This document shows, one piece after another, positions 12,011 to 21,797 of a stretch of DNA of 64,000 nt. Source of the DNA: Magallana gigas (taxonomy: Eukaryota); the NCBI RefSeq assembly GCF_963853765.1, contig NC_088853.1, positions 6,138,001 to 6,202,000 of the forward strand. The letters are read 5' to 3'. Each line of letters starts with the position of its first letter. Within the stretch, counting starts at the first letter, position 1. Both the position numbers and the translations under genes were made by a program. A model generated the notes under the pieces. That model was not told the origin of the DNA and made no database searches. It was given only the letters and a program-made list of their open reading frames with translations.

Positions 12011-12651
12011 AGTTATGAGACGCCGTAAAACCGGAAGTTTACTTGCTGAACATTCTTGACCTGGCGTGATTAAACAACGAATAAAAACGTTGTTCCGGAT
12101 GAACTCGAAACGCGGCTATTGCAGGTGGGTTTATCAAGTAATTGGGCACAAATTAGCCATGCATTGAAGAGATTTCAGTGCATGTTTTTTTCTCTTATAG
12201 TTAACAAGGTACACATTCCATGCAATATACCTCAAAATGTGTAGTACATTGACTTTTAAAAAATAATTGATACAACCACTTTTTTTTGTTGACCAAGTTT
12301 TATATGTTTGAAGATAGAACATTTTTTAAATCCAAAATTCCTGTAGGTGTTGGCACGATAAAAGATTCCCTCATTGACAAAATATTCATTACAAAGGCAC
12401 TGGTCTAAATTCCAGACTGTAAACTTAAAACAAATCAAAAACAGTAATATAATGAATTTATTTTTCTGAACTTCTACATTTTTGCATGAAAATAAGAAAT
12501 TTTTTTAAGTCTCTACTGTTTAAGTTTGTGTGATGCATGGTGAACTCACCCTATATTCTTTGTAATACAGATTAATACATTACGCATAAAGGCAAGAACA
12601 ATTTCACAAAAAAAACATTTTATTATAAAAATTTTAAACCGTGTTTTGTAG

Positions 12652-15600
12652 GATCAAGAACATCATTGCCACCACTGTGATAAAGTAATGAGCAATGAAC
12701 AGGACCTGATGTTTCACGAATTAACTCATGATTTGGATCAAATGGAATACAGCGGTGAAGGTCCATGGTCCCCATTGATTCCCAATTCAACATGTGAACC
12801 TATGGAAGAGGACCATGTCGCAGATCAAGAAATGGCTCCTGAATCCATGGAATCCGATGAAGCATCAACCTCTACTAGAACCAACTCATCTCAAATTGGT
12901 TTTGGCGGTGTGAAAAAAATACCATATACCATTCAAAAAGTAGGAGAACGAACTATAATGAAAAATAATGCTATCGATGTAAACTACAATATTCGGTTTA
13001 ATGCAGAAAACCCTGAACAAGGAATGAGGCTGACTGATCTGCTTCGTGAATTAGAAGATATGTTTGACAACATTCTCAATGAAACAGCTCGAGGACTTGA
13101 CCCTTTTTTGGATCTTGGACGAGTCATCATTCATCACATGGGATTGTACAATCCTGTGTATGTACCACTAAGGCCCTTGAAAGATCTTACTGGAAAAAGT
13201 GTGATGGAGAACTTACAAAATGTCTTAAACAGCCATGAAAATCTTTCTCTAGATAAAAGTTTTTATTTAAATGTGGGACTTATTAAAGTTCCAAAGGGCG
13301 GTATAGCAGGCAAAAATATTAACAAAGTTGGTGACGGCAATGATTCTCTCAGAATCAAAAGATCATGTATCAAAATTCAAAACACAGATGAATTATGCCT
13401 TGCTCGAAGCATTTGCATGGGGTTTTTCAAATTACATCAAATTCCAACATCTGAATGGCAGAAATTAGCACACCAAAGTGACAAAGGAACAATAGAAGAA
13501 AAAGTAATGGAATTGCGGAAATGTCCTATTTGGTTCTACAAAGAATTAATGAAGCACAACAAAACAAATAATGAACGTCAAAAAAAATTAGCCATTTTGT
13601 TATGCCAGAAAGCCAATGTAAGCAGTGAGAGACGTCTGTCCATTCAAGACATTTATGCTTTTGAGAACGTATTGAATGTTGATATTCTAGTTGTCAGTGC
13701 CACTATTGGTAACAAATTCATACGAACTGTTCCAAAAGATGTAAGTGAAGATGAGCAAGGGTTAGAAATTCCGAAAAAAGATCGTATTTTTTTATATCAT
13801 TCTGAGCAAAATGGAAATGCACATTTTGATACTATTGTTAATGTCTGTGGGTTCTTTATGCAATCCAAATTTTGCCATGAATGTTTGAAACCCTATCAAA
13901 AACTGCATCAGTGTCAATCAAGCTGCATTGTGTGTAAAAGAAAAAAATCTTGTTTTGTAAAACACGAATTAAGTTGTCGAAATTGTCACATGGTTTGTAG
14001 ATCTCTGGATTGTTTTAATTCTCATAAGATAAAAAGTGGGAAGTCAAAATCATCTCAGTGTGATCGATGGTGGAAATGTGTGGTTTGTAAAAAAACTTTA
14101 GATAGATGCAAAAGAAAACCAGAGGATCATATTTGCGGAGAATGGCAGTGTGAATCATGTAAACGATTTGTAACAGGGCCTCATTTGTGCTACATTAGGT
14201 CCAGAGAATGTAAAGAGAAAAAACCCAGATATATCTTTTTTGACTTTGAATGTATACAAGAAGATCTTTTGCATTGTAAAGATGGATACTCAATGAAAAG
14301 AAATGATGAATGTGTTCAATGCAGTAACAGCCCCGAACCCTGCATGGAATGCTGTAAATGTGTAAACTGTCATCAGTCTTGGTGTGGAAAATCTCAGCAC
14401 AAACCCAACTTGGTAGTGGCTCAAACAGTGTGTGAGGAATGCTTCGGTCAAGAACTCACGCCAAATTCTAAATGCGATAACTGTGGAACTAGGTGCAAAA
14501 AATGTAATAAGAAAAACAAACAGACTTTTATTAACCCACCATGTAAAAATACATGCGGATTTCGAGAAATAGTATTTCGAGGAGATCAAACTGCAAATGC
14601 CTTTGGTTTGTGGTTGTTCACTGAAACTCACAAAGACTTTACAGCTATTGCTCACAACATGAAGGGATATGATGGATATTTTTTACTAGAGTATCTATTA
14701 GTCAATTCCATCATTCCAAAAATTATCTATGCTGGATCAAAAATCATGTACTTACATGTTCAAAGAGGGCTTAATATAAAAATATTAGATTCCCTCAATT
14801 TTCTTCCCATGAGATTGGCTGAACTACCCAAGGCATTCGGTTTACGAGAGCTAAAGAAAGGGTACTTCCCTCATTTCTTTAACACTAAAGAAAATGCCTA
14901 CTATGTTGGATCCTACCCTGCAGCTCATTTTTACGGAAGTGACATGATGAATGCTAAAGAACGCAAAGACTTTCTAATCTGGCATCAGGAAAAACTGGAG
15001 AAAAACATGATCTTTGACTTTGATCGAGAAATTTTAGATTACTGCCGTAGTGATGTGGACATACTCAGACAAGCTTGTTTGAAATTCAGAGAAATTCTTA
15101 TGAAAATCACAGGAAAAGAAGAAGTGGTATTTGAGGATGAAATGCCAGAGAAAAAATTAATGGGAGGCGTGGATCCTTTTCAATGCACGACCATTGCTGG
15201 GGTTTGCATGGAAGTGTTTAAAAGCAAATTTCTTCAAGAAGAATGGCGTGTCAAAGTTAGAGGCAATGATGGAATAAGTGATTGGCTACAGGCCCGCCGA
15301 CTGCAAGGGGACTTTTCCATTTTATTCAAGGAACATTGGGTTACGGGTGAAGAGTTACAGAATCAAGAATACGTAATAGAAGAATCTGAATTTGTTAGTT
15401 CACCTATTTCACAAATCCCTTCCACGGGTTATGCCCCTTTTCTCGGACAATATAGTTGCGTATCGATACAGTGGCTCTCATGGATACAAGAAGATCATTT
15501 CAAAAAGACAGGGCACCGCCTCTACATACAGCATGCCTTAAATGAGGGTGAATTTCAACTGCCGGGTACCAATTACTTATTAGATGGATACTGTCCTGAA

Positions 15601-17244
15601 ACCAACACTGCATACGAATTTCACGGGTGTTACTGGCACGGATGTCCCATATGTTTTCCTACTCAGCGTCAGCAGCTTAAACATATAAGAACCAAACACT
15701 CCATGAACGAGTTACTGACCATGACCTTAAAAAAGAGAGACTACATTCAGTCTCTGGGTATGAAATATGTCTACATTTGGGAGCATGATTTTGAAAACTT
15801 ACTGAAGCAGAACCAAGGCGCATCTGATTATGTTCATTCCCTAAACCTGCAAGAAAGGTTAGACCCTCGAAAATCTTTTTTTGGAGGAAGAACAAATGCT
15901 GTTAAAATGTACTACCAGGTCAAGGAAGGTGAAAAAATCCACTATCTTGATTTTTGTTCTCTTTACCCCTCGGTCAACAAGTATGGTAGATATCCCGTAA
16001 AAGAACCAAAAATCATTACAAGCAATTTTACGGCAATTACAGACTATTTTGGGTTGGCCAAAGTCAAAATTTTACCTCCTAGACAATTGTATCACCCCGT
16101 GTTGCCTCAAAAAATTAACGGAAAATTAACTTTTGCACTGTGTCGTACCTGCTCGGAGCAACAACAACAAAATTCATGTCAGTGCAGAGACGAAGACCGG
16201 GCAATTACAGGAGTATTTTGTACACCAGAAATTGAAAAAGCCATAGAATGCGGTTACCAAATTCTACAGATATACGAGGTCTATCATTGGGATGAAACTT
16301 CACAGTACAATGCAGAGACGGAAAGCAATGGTCTGTTTGGCGAATATATCAACCTATTTTTAAAGATCAAACAAGAAGCCAGCGGCTGGCCTGAGTGGGT
16401 GCATACCGAGGAAGACGCAGTGAAGTACATGGAAGAATACGCTCTTCGAGAAGGTATTCAACTCGAACGAGAGAACATTACCAAAAACCCTGCTCTGAGA
16501 TCGATTGCTAAACTACTGCTGAATTCGTTTTGGGGAAAGTTTGGCCAACGACTCAACATGCAGCAGATAACATTTTTTCACGAAAGAGAGGCTGACAAAT
16601 TTTTTCAGCTATTATCGGATCCTTCCAAAGAAGTCTCGAGTTTTCACATTGTCAGTAAAGAAATTATTCAAGTTTCGTGGCAGCAAAAAGAAAATTTTAC
16701 TAAAGAAGATTACCAAACAAACGTATTTATTGCTACTTTTACAACTTGCTGGGCCCGCCTTAAACTGTATGAAGTGTTACAGATGCTGGATAGAAGAGTC
16801 TTATATTTCGATACGGATTCAGTCATTTTCGTCAGCAGACCTGGAGATCAGGAACCAAAAGTCGGGTCATTTCTTGGTCAACTTACCAGTGAGTTACAAC
16901 CCAAAGAATACATTACAGAATTTGTTTCGGGAGGACCTAAAAATTACGCCTACAGGACTTCAGAAGGAAAAGAAGTATGCAAAATCAAAGGATTTACCCT
17001 AAACTATGTTAACAGTTTAAAACTTAATTTTGCTTCCATGCTGGATTTGGTACTCAGGCCGGATCAGGGTCAACATTCCGATTCAACAGGTTCATGTACA
17101 ACGATTGTTAACCCACACAGAATTATGCGACATAAGCAACAGCAAATTATTTACAATCGAAATGAAGAAAAAAAATACAAAATTGTGTATGATAAAAGAG
17201 TGATTCAACGTAACACTTGGGACACCTTACCCTACGGATATTGA
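12652..17244 (+). CDS. polB: Protein-primed family B DNA polymerase; the exon starts at the AG acceptor at 12652 with a C2H2 finger, ATG ORF 12688-17244 (1518 aa)
   Basis: ExoI FFDFEC, ExoII AHNMKGYDG, ExoIII YCRSDV; Vsr-like insert LDGY...EFHGCYWHGCP; Pol motifs DFCSLYP, KLLLNSFWGKF and YFDTDS; uninterrupted. Confidence 0.96.
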   Translation, partial: DQEHHCHHCDKVMSNEQDLMFHELTHDLDQMEYSGEGPWSPLIPNSTCEPMEEDHVADQEMAPESMESDEASTSTRTNSSQIGFGGVKKIPYTIQKVGERTIMKNNAIDVNYNIRFNAENPEQGMRLTDLLRELEDMFDNILNETARGLDPFLDLGRVIIHHMGLYNPVYVPLRPLKDLTGKSVMENLQNVLNSHENLSLDKSFYLNVGLIKVPKGGIAGKNINKVGDGNDSLRIKRSCIKIQNTDELCLARSICMGFFKLHQIPTSEWQKLAHQSDKGTIEEKVMELRKCPIWFYKELMKHNKTNNERQKKLAILLCQKANVSSERRLSIQDIYAFENVLNVDILVVSATIGNKFIRTVPKDVSEDEQGLEIPKKDRIFLYHSEQNGNAHFDTIVNVCGFFMQSKFCHECLKPYQKLHQCQSSCIVCKRKKSCFVKHELSCRNCHMVCRSLDCFNSHKIKSGKSKSSQCDRWWKCVVCKKTLDRCKRKPEDHICGEWQCESCKRFVTGPHLCYIRSRECKEKKPRYIFFDFECIQEDLLHCKDGYSMKRNDECVQCSNSPEPCMECCKCVNCHQSWCGKSQHKPNLVVAQTVCEECFGQELTPNSKCDNCGTRCKKCNKKNKQTFINPPCKNTCGFREIVFRGDQTANAFGLWLFTETHKDFTAIAHNMKGYDGYFLLEYLLVNSIIPKIIYAGSKIMYLHVQRGLNIKILDSLNFLPMRLAELPKAFGLRELKKGYFPHFFNTKENAYYVGSYPAAHFYGSDMMNAKERKDFLIWHQEKLEKNMIFDFDREILDYCRSDVDILRQACLKFREILMKITGKEEVVFEDEMPEKKLMGGVDPFQCTTIAGVCMEVFKSKFLQEEWRVKVRGNDGISDWLQARRLQGDFSILFKEHWVTGEELQNQEYVIEESEFVSSPISQIPSTGYAPFLGQYSCVSIQWLSWIQEDHFKKTGHRLYIQHALNEGEFQLPGTNYLLDGYCPETNTAYEFHGCYWHGCPICFPTQRQQLKHIRTKHSMNELLTMTLKKRDYIQSLGMKYVYIWEHDFENLLKQNQGASDYVHSLNLQERLDPRKSFFGGRTNAVKMYYQVKEGEKIHYLDFCSLYPSVNKYGRYPVKEPKIITSNFTAITDYFGLAKVKILPPRQLYHPVLPQKINGKLTFALCRTCSEQQQQNSCQCRDEDRAITGVFCTPEIEKAIECGYQILQIYEVYHWDETSQYNAETESNGLFGEYINLFLKIKQEASGWPEWVHTEEDAVKYMEEYALREGIQLERENITKNPALRSIAKLLLNSFWGKFGQRLNMQQITFFHEREADKFFQLLSDPSKEVSSFHIVSKEIIQVSWQQKENFTKEDYQTNVFIATFTTCWARLKLYEVLQMLDRRVLYFDTDSVIFVSRPGDQEPKVGSFLGQLTSELQPKEYITEFVSGGPKNYAYRTSEGKEVCKIKGFTLNYVNSLKLNFASMLDLVLRPDQGQHSDSTGSCTTIVNPHRIMRHKQQQIIYNRNEEKKYKIVYDKRVIQRNTWDTLPYGY

Positions 17245-17490
17245 TTGTTATTGTAGTAGTGAACAAAATCATGTGAACACTATAATTATATTGTTTAAAA
17301 TTGATTTTTTTTCCCATCATATTGAAAAAAAATTGTAATTTGAATGAATTGATATTATTCAATTTGTTTTTTTAAAGAAATCTCTAAAAACGATTTTTTT
17401 TATAAACGTTTATTAAAAAACATACAGTTGTCTTTACAACAATATATTATCAAATGTACATTTGTAATTTTTTATTGATGCATTGTTTCA

Positions 17491-18045
17491 TTAAAATTTT
17501 AACCACTTTATTTTTGTCTTGGCCAGTCTCTTTCTCTTTGGAGGATTGTAATTAGGAGGTGCTCCGTTCGTATGTTTTTTAACCACTAAGCCACTGCCAG
17601 TCTGTTCTCCAGAGTGCTTCATCATTTCTTTATTGTGGATGAATGAAGTAGGAGCTTGAATGTCCTTTAAGGCTTCATAAAATTGTCGATATCCGGTAGG
17701 AGTTCCTCTTGAATTATGAGTTAGTGCATGTTTGATCAAATCTGTAATATGCGAGCCTTCAATGACATTGTCTTTGTAAATCAAATTTCCATTATCTTTC
17801 CAAGAGAGTACGTCACCGCCATACTGAGATAAGAATTTAAGCAATCCTTTGGCTTTATTATGAAATTTATTTGGAATAACATGTTCCAAGATTTCGAGAA
17901 CGTGCATCTGAGTAGGAATATCTTTGTCAGTGGGTGGGTCCTTCGTCGGCTCCAAGATTGTCTCCATGCTCTTCGGGGGATGATTCTCTGTTTGCGTCAG
18001 TTTTTGGTATTTTTCTTTTGGAACGAGAACTAGTTCTTGAGCCAT
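17491..18045 (-). CDS. Conserved Polinton core protein of unknown function (184 aa)
   Basis: LVLVP N-terminus, SWKDNGNLIYKDNVIEGSHITDLI motif and C-terminal QTGSG resemble conserved Polinton small ORFs; typical position. Confidence 0.7.
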   Translation of the reverse strand: MAQELVLVPKEKYQKLTQTENHPPKSMETILEPTKDPPTDKDIPTQMHVLEILEHVIPNKFHNKAKGLLKFLSQYGGDVLSWKDNGNLIYKDNVIEGSHITDLIKHALTHNSRGTPTGYRQFYEALKDIQAPTSFIHNKEMMKHSGEQTGSGLVVKKHTNGAPPNYNPPKRKRLAKTKIKWLKF

Positions 18046-18355
18046 TTTGAAAAAGATGTAGCGCAGGTTTGATCAGACGAGGTATGATGCTCTGATGCCT
18101 TAACAAAAACTTTTTACGTTGAGCCTTGTTTACTGTTCTGCTCACAAGGGTACTTATGACATTTTTGTACGGATACAGAGTTTTTATGTACTGCTTAGAG
18201 ACCGGAATGGTCCCCTTGTAAACATTAAACATCACCTCACACAAAGTCTGCATTTGAGAGGGTGTCATGGTCGACAACAGTGCTCGTCGCTGTTTCATGT
18301 TCGTAGCGTTTAACAATTCTAGAAATGATAAATGCGTTTTTACTGTTCGGTTCAT
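17927..18355 (-). CDS. Small basic conserved Polinton protein (142 aa from ATG 18355), overlapping the next ORF
   Basis: QRRALL...LCEVMFNVYKGTIPVS pattern typical of the Polinton protein found next to the ATPase. Confidence 0.7.
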   Translation of the reverse strand: MNRTVKTHLSFLELLNATNMKQRRALLSTMTPSQMQTLCEVMFNVYKGTIPVSKQYIKTLYPYKNVISTLVSRTVNKAQRKKFLLRHQSIIPRLIKPALHLFQNGSRTSSRSKRKIPKTDANRESSPEEHGDNLGADEGPTH

Positions 18356-18393
18356 TGTGAAATAATGATAAAAAATCAAAAAAGACAATTTAT

Positions 18394-19068
18394 TTATTTA
18401 GGCAGATAAACAATGGTATCTTCGTTAGGTAAGATGCGCGTGCGCAATCTGTACTTGTCCTCAGTCCTAGGACTCATGTCTACTATCAAATATCCAAAGG
18501 GTATAGATGTGGCCTTGTCGTAAGCCTCTTTAAAATATTTCAACCTTAAAGGAAAAACCTGAGATCCAAAAGTAAAGATCTGCCTAGAATCGCGTACATT
18601 ACGAAAGAGAATGACATAATGACAATTTAAAGAAATAGTTCTGGCAAACTTTCCAGGCATGTATAGATTCTGAGCTAACATGAACACACTGACTCGACGA
18701 TGGTGTGCCGTCACGCAAAATAAATTAAGAGATTCCTCGCTCTTGGCGACTTGCATCATCATGTCATCTAACACCAAGACAGTGTGCTGTACACCCTCGC
18801 TCCATTCATCGATCTGGTCTTTAGAGGGTAACCCTTGATGCAAAATCAATCTATCGATGTTTTTTTCCATTTCTTCGAACAAAGGTTGATATTCGGTATA
18901 TGCAATTACTATTCGCTCGGGTGGCGTTTGAAACATACCATCGGCATGTTTTAATATTTCGTAAATAAGAGAAGTTTTACCACTCATGGTGGGTCCCACG
19001 ATCATAGCTGTGGCGGGAGAATTAAAGGGTAAAAGTGATCTCTCTTTCCACCAAGCTTCCATGTTCAT
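18394..19068 (-). CDS. A32/FtsK-like DNA packaging ATPase
   Basis: Walker A GPTMSGKT, Walker B VLVLDD, AHHRR and AQN motifs. Confidence 0.93.
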   Translation of the reverse strand: MNMEAWWKERSLLPFNSPATAMIVGPTMSGKTSLIYEILKHADGMFQTPPERIVIAYTEYQPLFEEMEKNIDRLILHQGLPSKDQIDEWSEGVQHTVLVLDDMMMQVAKSEESLNLFCVTAHHRRVSVFMLAQNLYMPGKFARTISLNCHYVILFRNVRDSRQIFTFGSQVFPLRLKYFKEAYDKATSIPFGYLIVDMSPRTEDKYRLRTRILPNEDTIVYLPK

Positions 19069-19189
19069 TGATTCCTCAGTTAAGACTGATTTTATTTTTA
19101 CAATACATACTATTTTTATAGAATAAAAAAAATAGATTACATCATTTTTTATTCACAAAACGTATGCATATTTATGGTAAATACAAAGG

Positions 19190-19591
19190 TTAAATGCACT
19201 CCGTTTGTTGAGATATAGTTTGATACACAAAAACATTAGGATCATTCTGCATTTTAAGAATATGTACAATGTCATTCATTGTATAATTTTGACATTTCAT
19301 CATTAAATAAAATAGTACATGATAACCACAAGTCAAGGCATTTTTTTTCTGAATTGGAATTTCATTACAATTTATTTTTTTCGAATTATGATTTAAAAAG
19401 TTTTTGATTCGTATATCGTAATGTTCAGGAAGTCGACCAAAACTGTCAAAAAATTCCGCTGTTCGGAAGCCGTCTATCCACATGACTATCCAGTGGGACC
19501 CTGGTAAGGTATCCGGTGAAAATACGCCTCTGAAAAATTTGCTAAGCAACTCGTGTCCTTTGGCAATGCACACAATGTCTGATGAATTCAT
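19190..19591 (-). CDS. Adenain-like cysteine maturation protease with an apparent internal in-frame deletion
   Basis: Catalytic HW, FFDSFG, IQ and CGYH present; GVFSPDTLP abuts PGSHW directly. Confidence 0.85.
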   Translation of the reverse strand: MNSSDIVCIAKGHELLSKFFRGVFSPDTLPGSHWIVMWIDGFRTAEFFDSFGRLPEHYDIRIKNFLNHNSKKINCNEIPIQKKNALTCGYHVLFYLMMKCQNYTMNDIVHILKMQNDPNVFVYQTISQQTECI

Positions 19592-20904
19592 ACTTTAGTG
19601 TATTTGATGTCCCGTGATTGGTCCACTTCCAAAAGGGCCGGAAATTCTGCGTAAGCCAGACAGTTCAAGGTTTCCGTTGTATCGGCAGCAAATTTGACTT
19701 CAAGTCTAACGTTTCCTTGTCTCACCAGGTTTAAATACTCTTCACCCAGGTCACTTGGTGCCAAATTAAAGGCATATATGGCATATCCTTTGCCAAACTG
19801 GCTTCTTGTGACTTCCAAGCCGGCATCTTTGTTCCATTTCTCAGCCGCTTCAAATAAATTGACAAAAAGTGTCACGTAATTTTGATTGGTCCCTACGTCA
19901 ATTTTCATGGGTCGGGCTGGCATGCTTTCCCCGTTTACGTAAAGTGCAATTTCTTCTGCCAAGTTCTGAAAGTTGAATGGGTTCTTCTCATAATTTCCAT
20001 TAACGGCTTTCTGAGAAATGAAACAGAATGCAGCTTTGGCTGGTAAGGTGTTGGACCAAACGTTCTGCCAAATAAACGATCCAGAACCTTTAGGACAGGT
20101 GCTCATTTTTACTTCGGTTCTAGTCAGGGGGTATTTGGCCGTCTTCTCTTTCAAGATTTCAGCATGGTTGATCAAAATTCCACTGTCCACCTTAATCATG
20201 CATGCTTTAAAGGACACGTCTAGTAACTGCAACTTGTAGCTAGGGGAGGCTTCTTTGCTCATCAAGACAAAGGCAGCGGGGTTTCTAAACAGTTTCAAGT
20301 GTAAATCTACCCCATTGATCAAGTATTTATCAGTTCTGAATATATCCTCATACAGTGGACCTTCCATGTCAAATATTTGGCTGTTTTGAGTAAATGCATA
20401 GCGATTGTTAAGGCCCCCGTTGTTGCCCCCGTATGCGTCCGGATTGTCCATGTCGTCGTCGTCTGGATAGTACAGTTGGGATTGTAACTGGGATTGAGAG
20501 ACATCACTGCCACTCGAAAGGAGAAGTTTTAGGTAGGCTTTCCAAGCATAGTAGCTAGTATTGAGGGACACAAGCTTTCCGTTCATATAAGTGTCTATCT
20601 GAGACCACATGGTTTGCAGTGGCAGATTAATGATCCCCGTTTTTTCCTGTGATGCCAAGGCTGCACCGTCGGTTTTAACAATCTTACATTTTACGTACAG
20701 GCGGCTTCTTCTTAAGTCTATGTACTCGTTACCCTGGCCAGGCACCGATATCTCGATCGGAGCGTCCTCCGTATCGAAGGAACTTACAGGTCTGCATTCA
20801 CTGAAATAAATTTTATCCACCGCTACTTGATTGGGTGGAACGGTAAATAAAGCCAATTCTGCCGGAAGTCCAATGTCTGTAATTTTGTCGCTTAAAAAGG
20901 CCAT
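19588..20904 (-). CDS. Major capsid protein (double jelly-roll, Polinton PY/hexon-like), 438 aa
   Basis: ELALFTVPPNQ N-terminus, YIDLRRSRLYVKCKI, KYLINGVDLHLKL and GNVRLEVKFA motifs. Confidence 0.92.
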   Translation of the reverse strand: MAFLSDKITDIGLPAELALFTVPPNQVAVDKIYFSECRPVSSFDTEDAPIEISVPGQGNEYIDLRRSRLYVKCKIVKTDGAALASQEKTGIINLPLQTMWSQIDTYMNGKLVSLNTSYYAWKAYLKLLLSSGSDVSQSQLQSQLYYPDDDDMDNPDAYGGNNGGLNNRYAFTQNSQIFDMEGPLYEDIFRTDKYLINGVDLHLKLFRNPAAFVLMSKEASPSYKLQLLDVSFKACMIKVDSGILINHAEILKEKTAKYPLTRTEVKMSTCPKGSGSFIWQNVWSNTLPAKAAFCFISQKAVNGNYEKNPFNFQNLAEEIALYVNGESMPARPMKIDVGTNQNYVTLFVNLFEAAEKWNKDAGLEVTRSQFGKGYAIYAFNLAPSDLGEEYLNLVRQGNVRLEVKFAADTTETLNCLAYAEFPALLEVDQSRDIKYTKV

Positions 20905-20906
20905 TC

Positions 20907-21341
20907 TTATTGATGCTTGACTTTTTTCTTGGCTCCGCTAAAAATACTGTCTCCTGTGTCTCGTTTTCTCTTCAGTCCTTTCTGAGGTGTTTTCTTTTTG
21001 AGTGTTGGCTTAGGTTTGATAACAGGTAGCCTTTTTTGTGCTTTTATAGTCTTCTCCGACACGTGAGGAATCTTCTCTTTGATGGCTTCTTTCATTTCTT
21101 CTTTGGCTCTCTCTTCTACGGCTGCCATAGGCGTCACGTGTTTTCCCACAACTTGATCTGCCGGTTCCTTCCGGGATAGATGTGGGTTGACTGGAATCAT
21201 GTACGGTTTCTTGGAAAACATACCCCCTATTCCACCACCTGTCTGCCGACCTCTGTATTTACTAGGTTTAAATCCTCCTTCGAACATATTTTGATAAAAT
21301 GTTTTCCACACCCTAGGGTCTGACACATACGTAGAACCCAT
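20907..21341 (-). CDS. Basic core-like virion protein with an adenain-type Gly-Gly cleavage motif
   Basis: RGRQTGGGIGG motif; Lys-rich C-terminus; lies between the capsid genes. Confidence 0.65.
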   Translation of the reverse strand: MGSTYVSDPRVWKTFYQNMFEGGFKPSKYRGRQTGGGIGGMFSKKPYMIPVNPHLSRKEPADQVVGKHVTPMAAVEERAKEEMKEAIKEKIPHVSEKTIKAQKRLPVIKPKPTLKKKTPQKGLKRKRDTGDSIFSGAKKKVKHQ

Positions 21342-21757
21342 TACTGTATTTCAAATAAACGTTTTTTCAGCAGTAGTGTAATAGTGGTCGTACCTTTCAA
21401 ATATGAAGCGGGTTGATTATTTGAGTCCCTTATATACACCCTCACGTCTTGAAATTCCCCCAATCGCAAAGGTATTTCGTAAGGAAAATTATAAATGATA
21501 TTTTCCGCTTTTTTATAATTTACCAGTCGCAAGAGAGGTAATTCTCGCTCCCCCACTACAGTATCTTGGCATAAATTGCTACAGACGTATAATTCTGGTT
21601 GAGTGGATGCCGTAGACAAATTAAACTCCAACAGAGAAACGGTCCAATGTCCTTGTAGATACAATGGCTTGGGTAGATGAACTACAAAGTCGTAAGACGT
21701 ATTACCACTATAAATCTGTTGACTATCAGTAGATCTTAGAACCAATCTGATGCTCAT
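21341..21757 (-). CDS. Minor capsid protein (single jelly-roll, penton/PX-like), 138 aa
   Basis: NTSYDFVVHLPKPLYLQGHWTVSLLE, VCSNL, PLLRLV and IRD motifs. Confidence 0.85.
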   Translation of the reverse strand: MSIRLVLRSTDSQQIYSGNTSYDFVVHLPKPLYLQGHWTVSLLEFNLSTASTQPELYVCSNLCQDTVVGERELPLLRLVNYKKAENIIYNFPYEIPLRLGEFQDVRVYIRDSNNQPASYLKGTTTITLLLKKRLFEIQ

Positions 21758-21797
21758 GTTTGAAAATAATGAATATCATAAAAGTGATCAGTCCTAT

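Larger units (their letters stand above)
6820..12117. mobile_element. Autonomous ISL2EU (PIF/Harbinger-related) DNA transposon, 5.3 kb, nested in the Polinton
   Basis: Imperfect ~90-100-bp TIRs (6820-6918 and 12030-12117; first 26 nt with 1 mismatch). AT dinucleotide on both sides (6818-6819, 12118-12119). Convergent THAP-DDE transposase and SWIM-YqaJ genes, the established ISL2EU gene pair. Confidence 0.9.
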
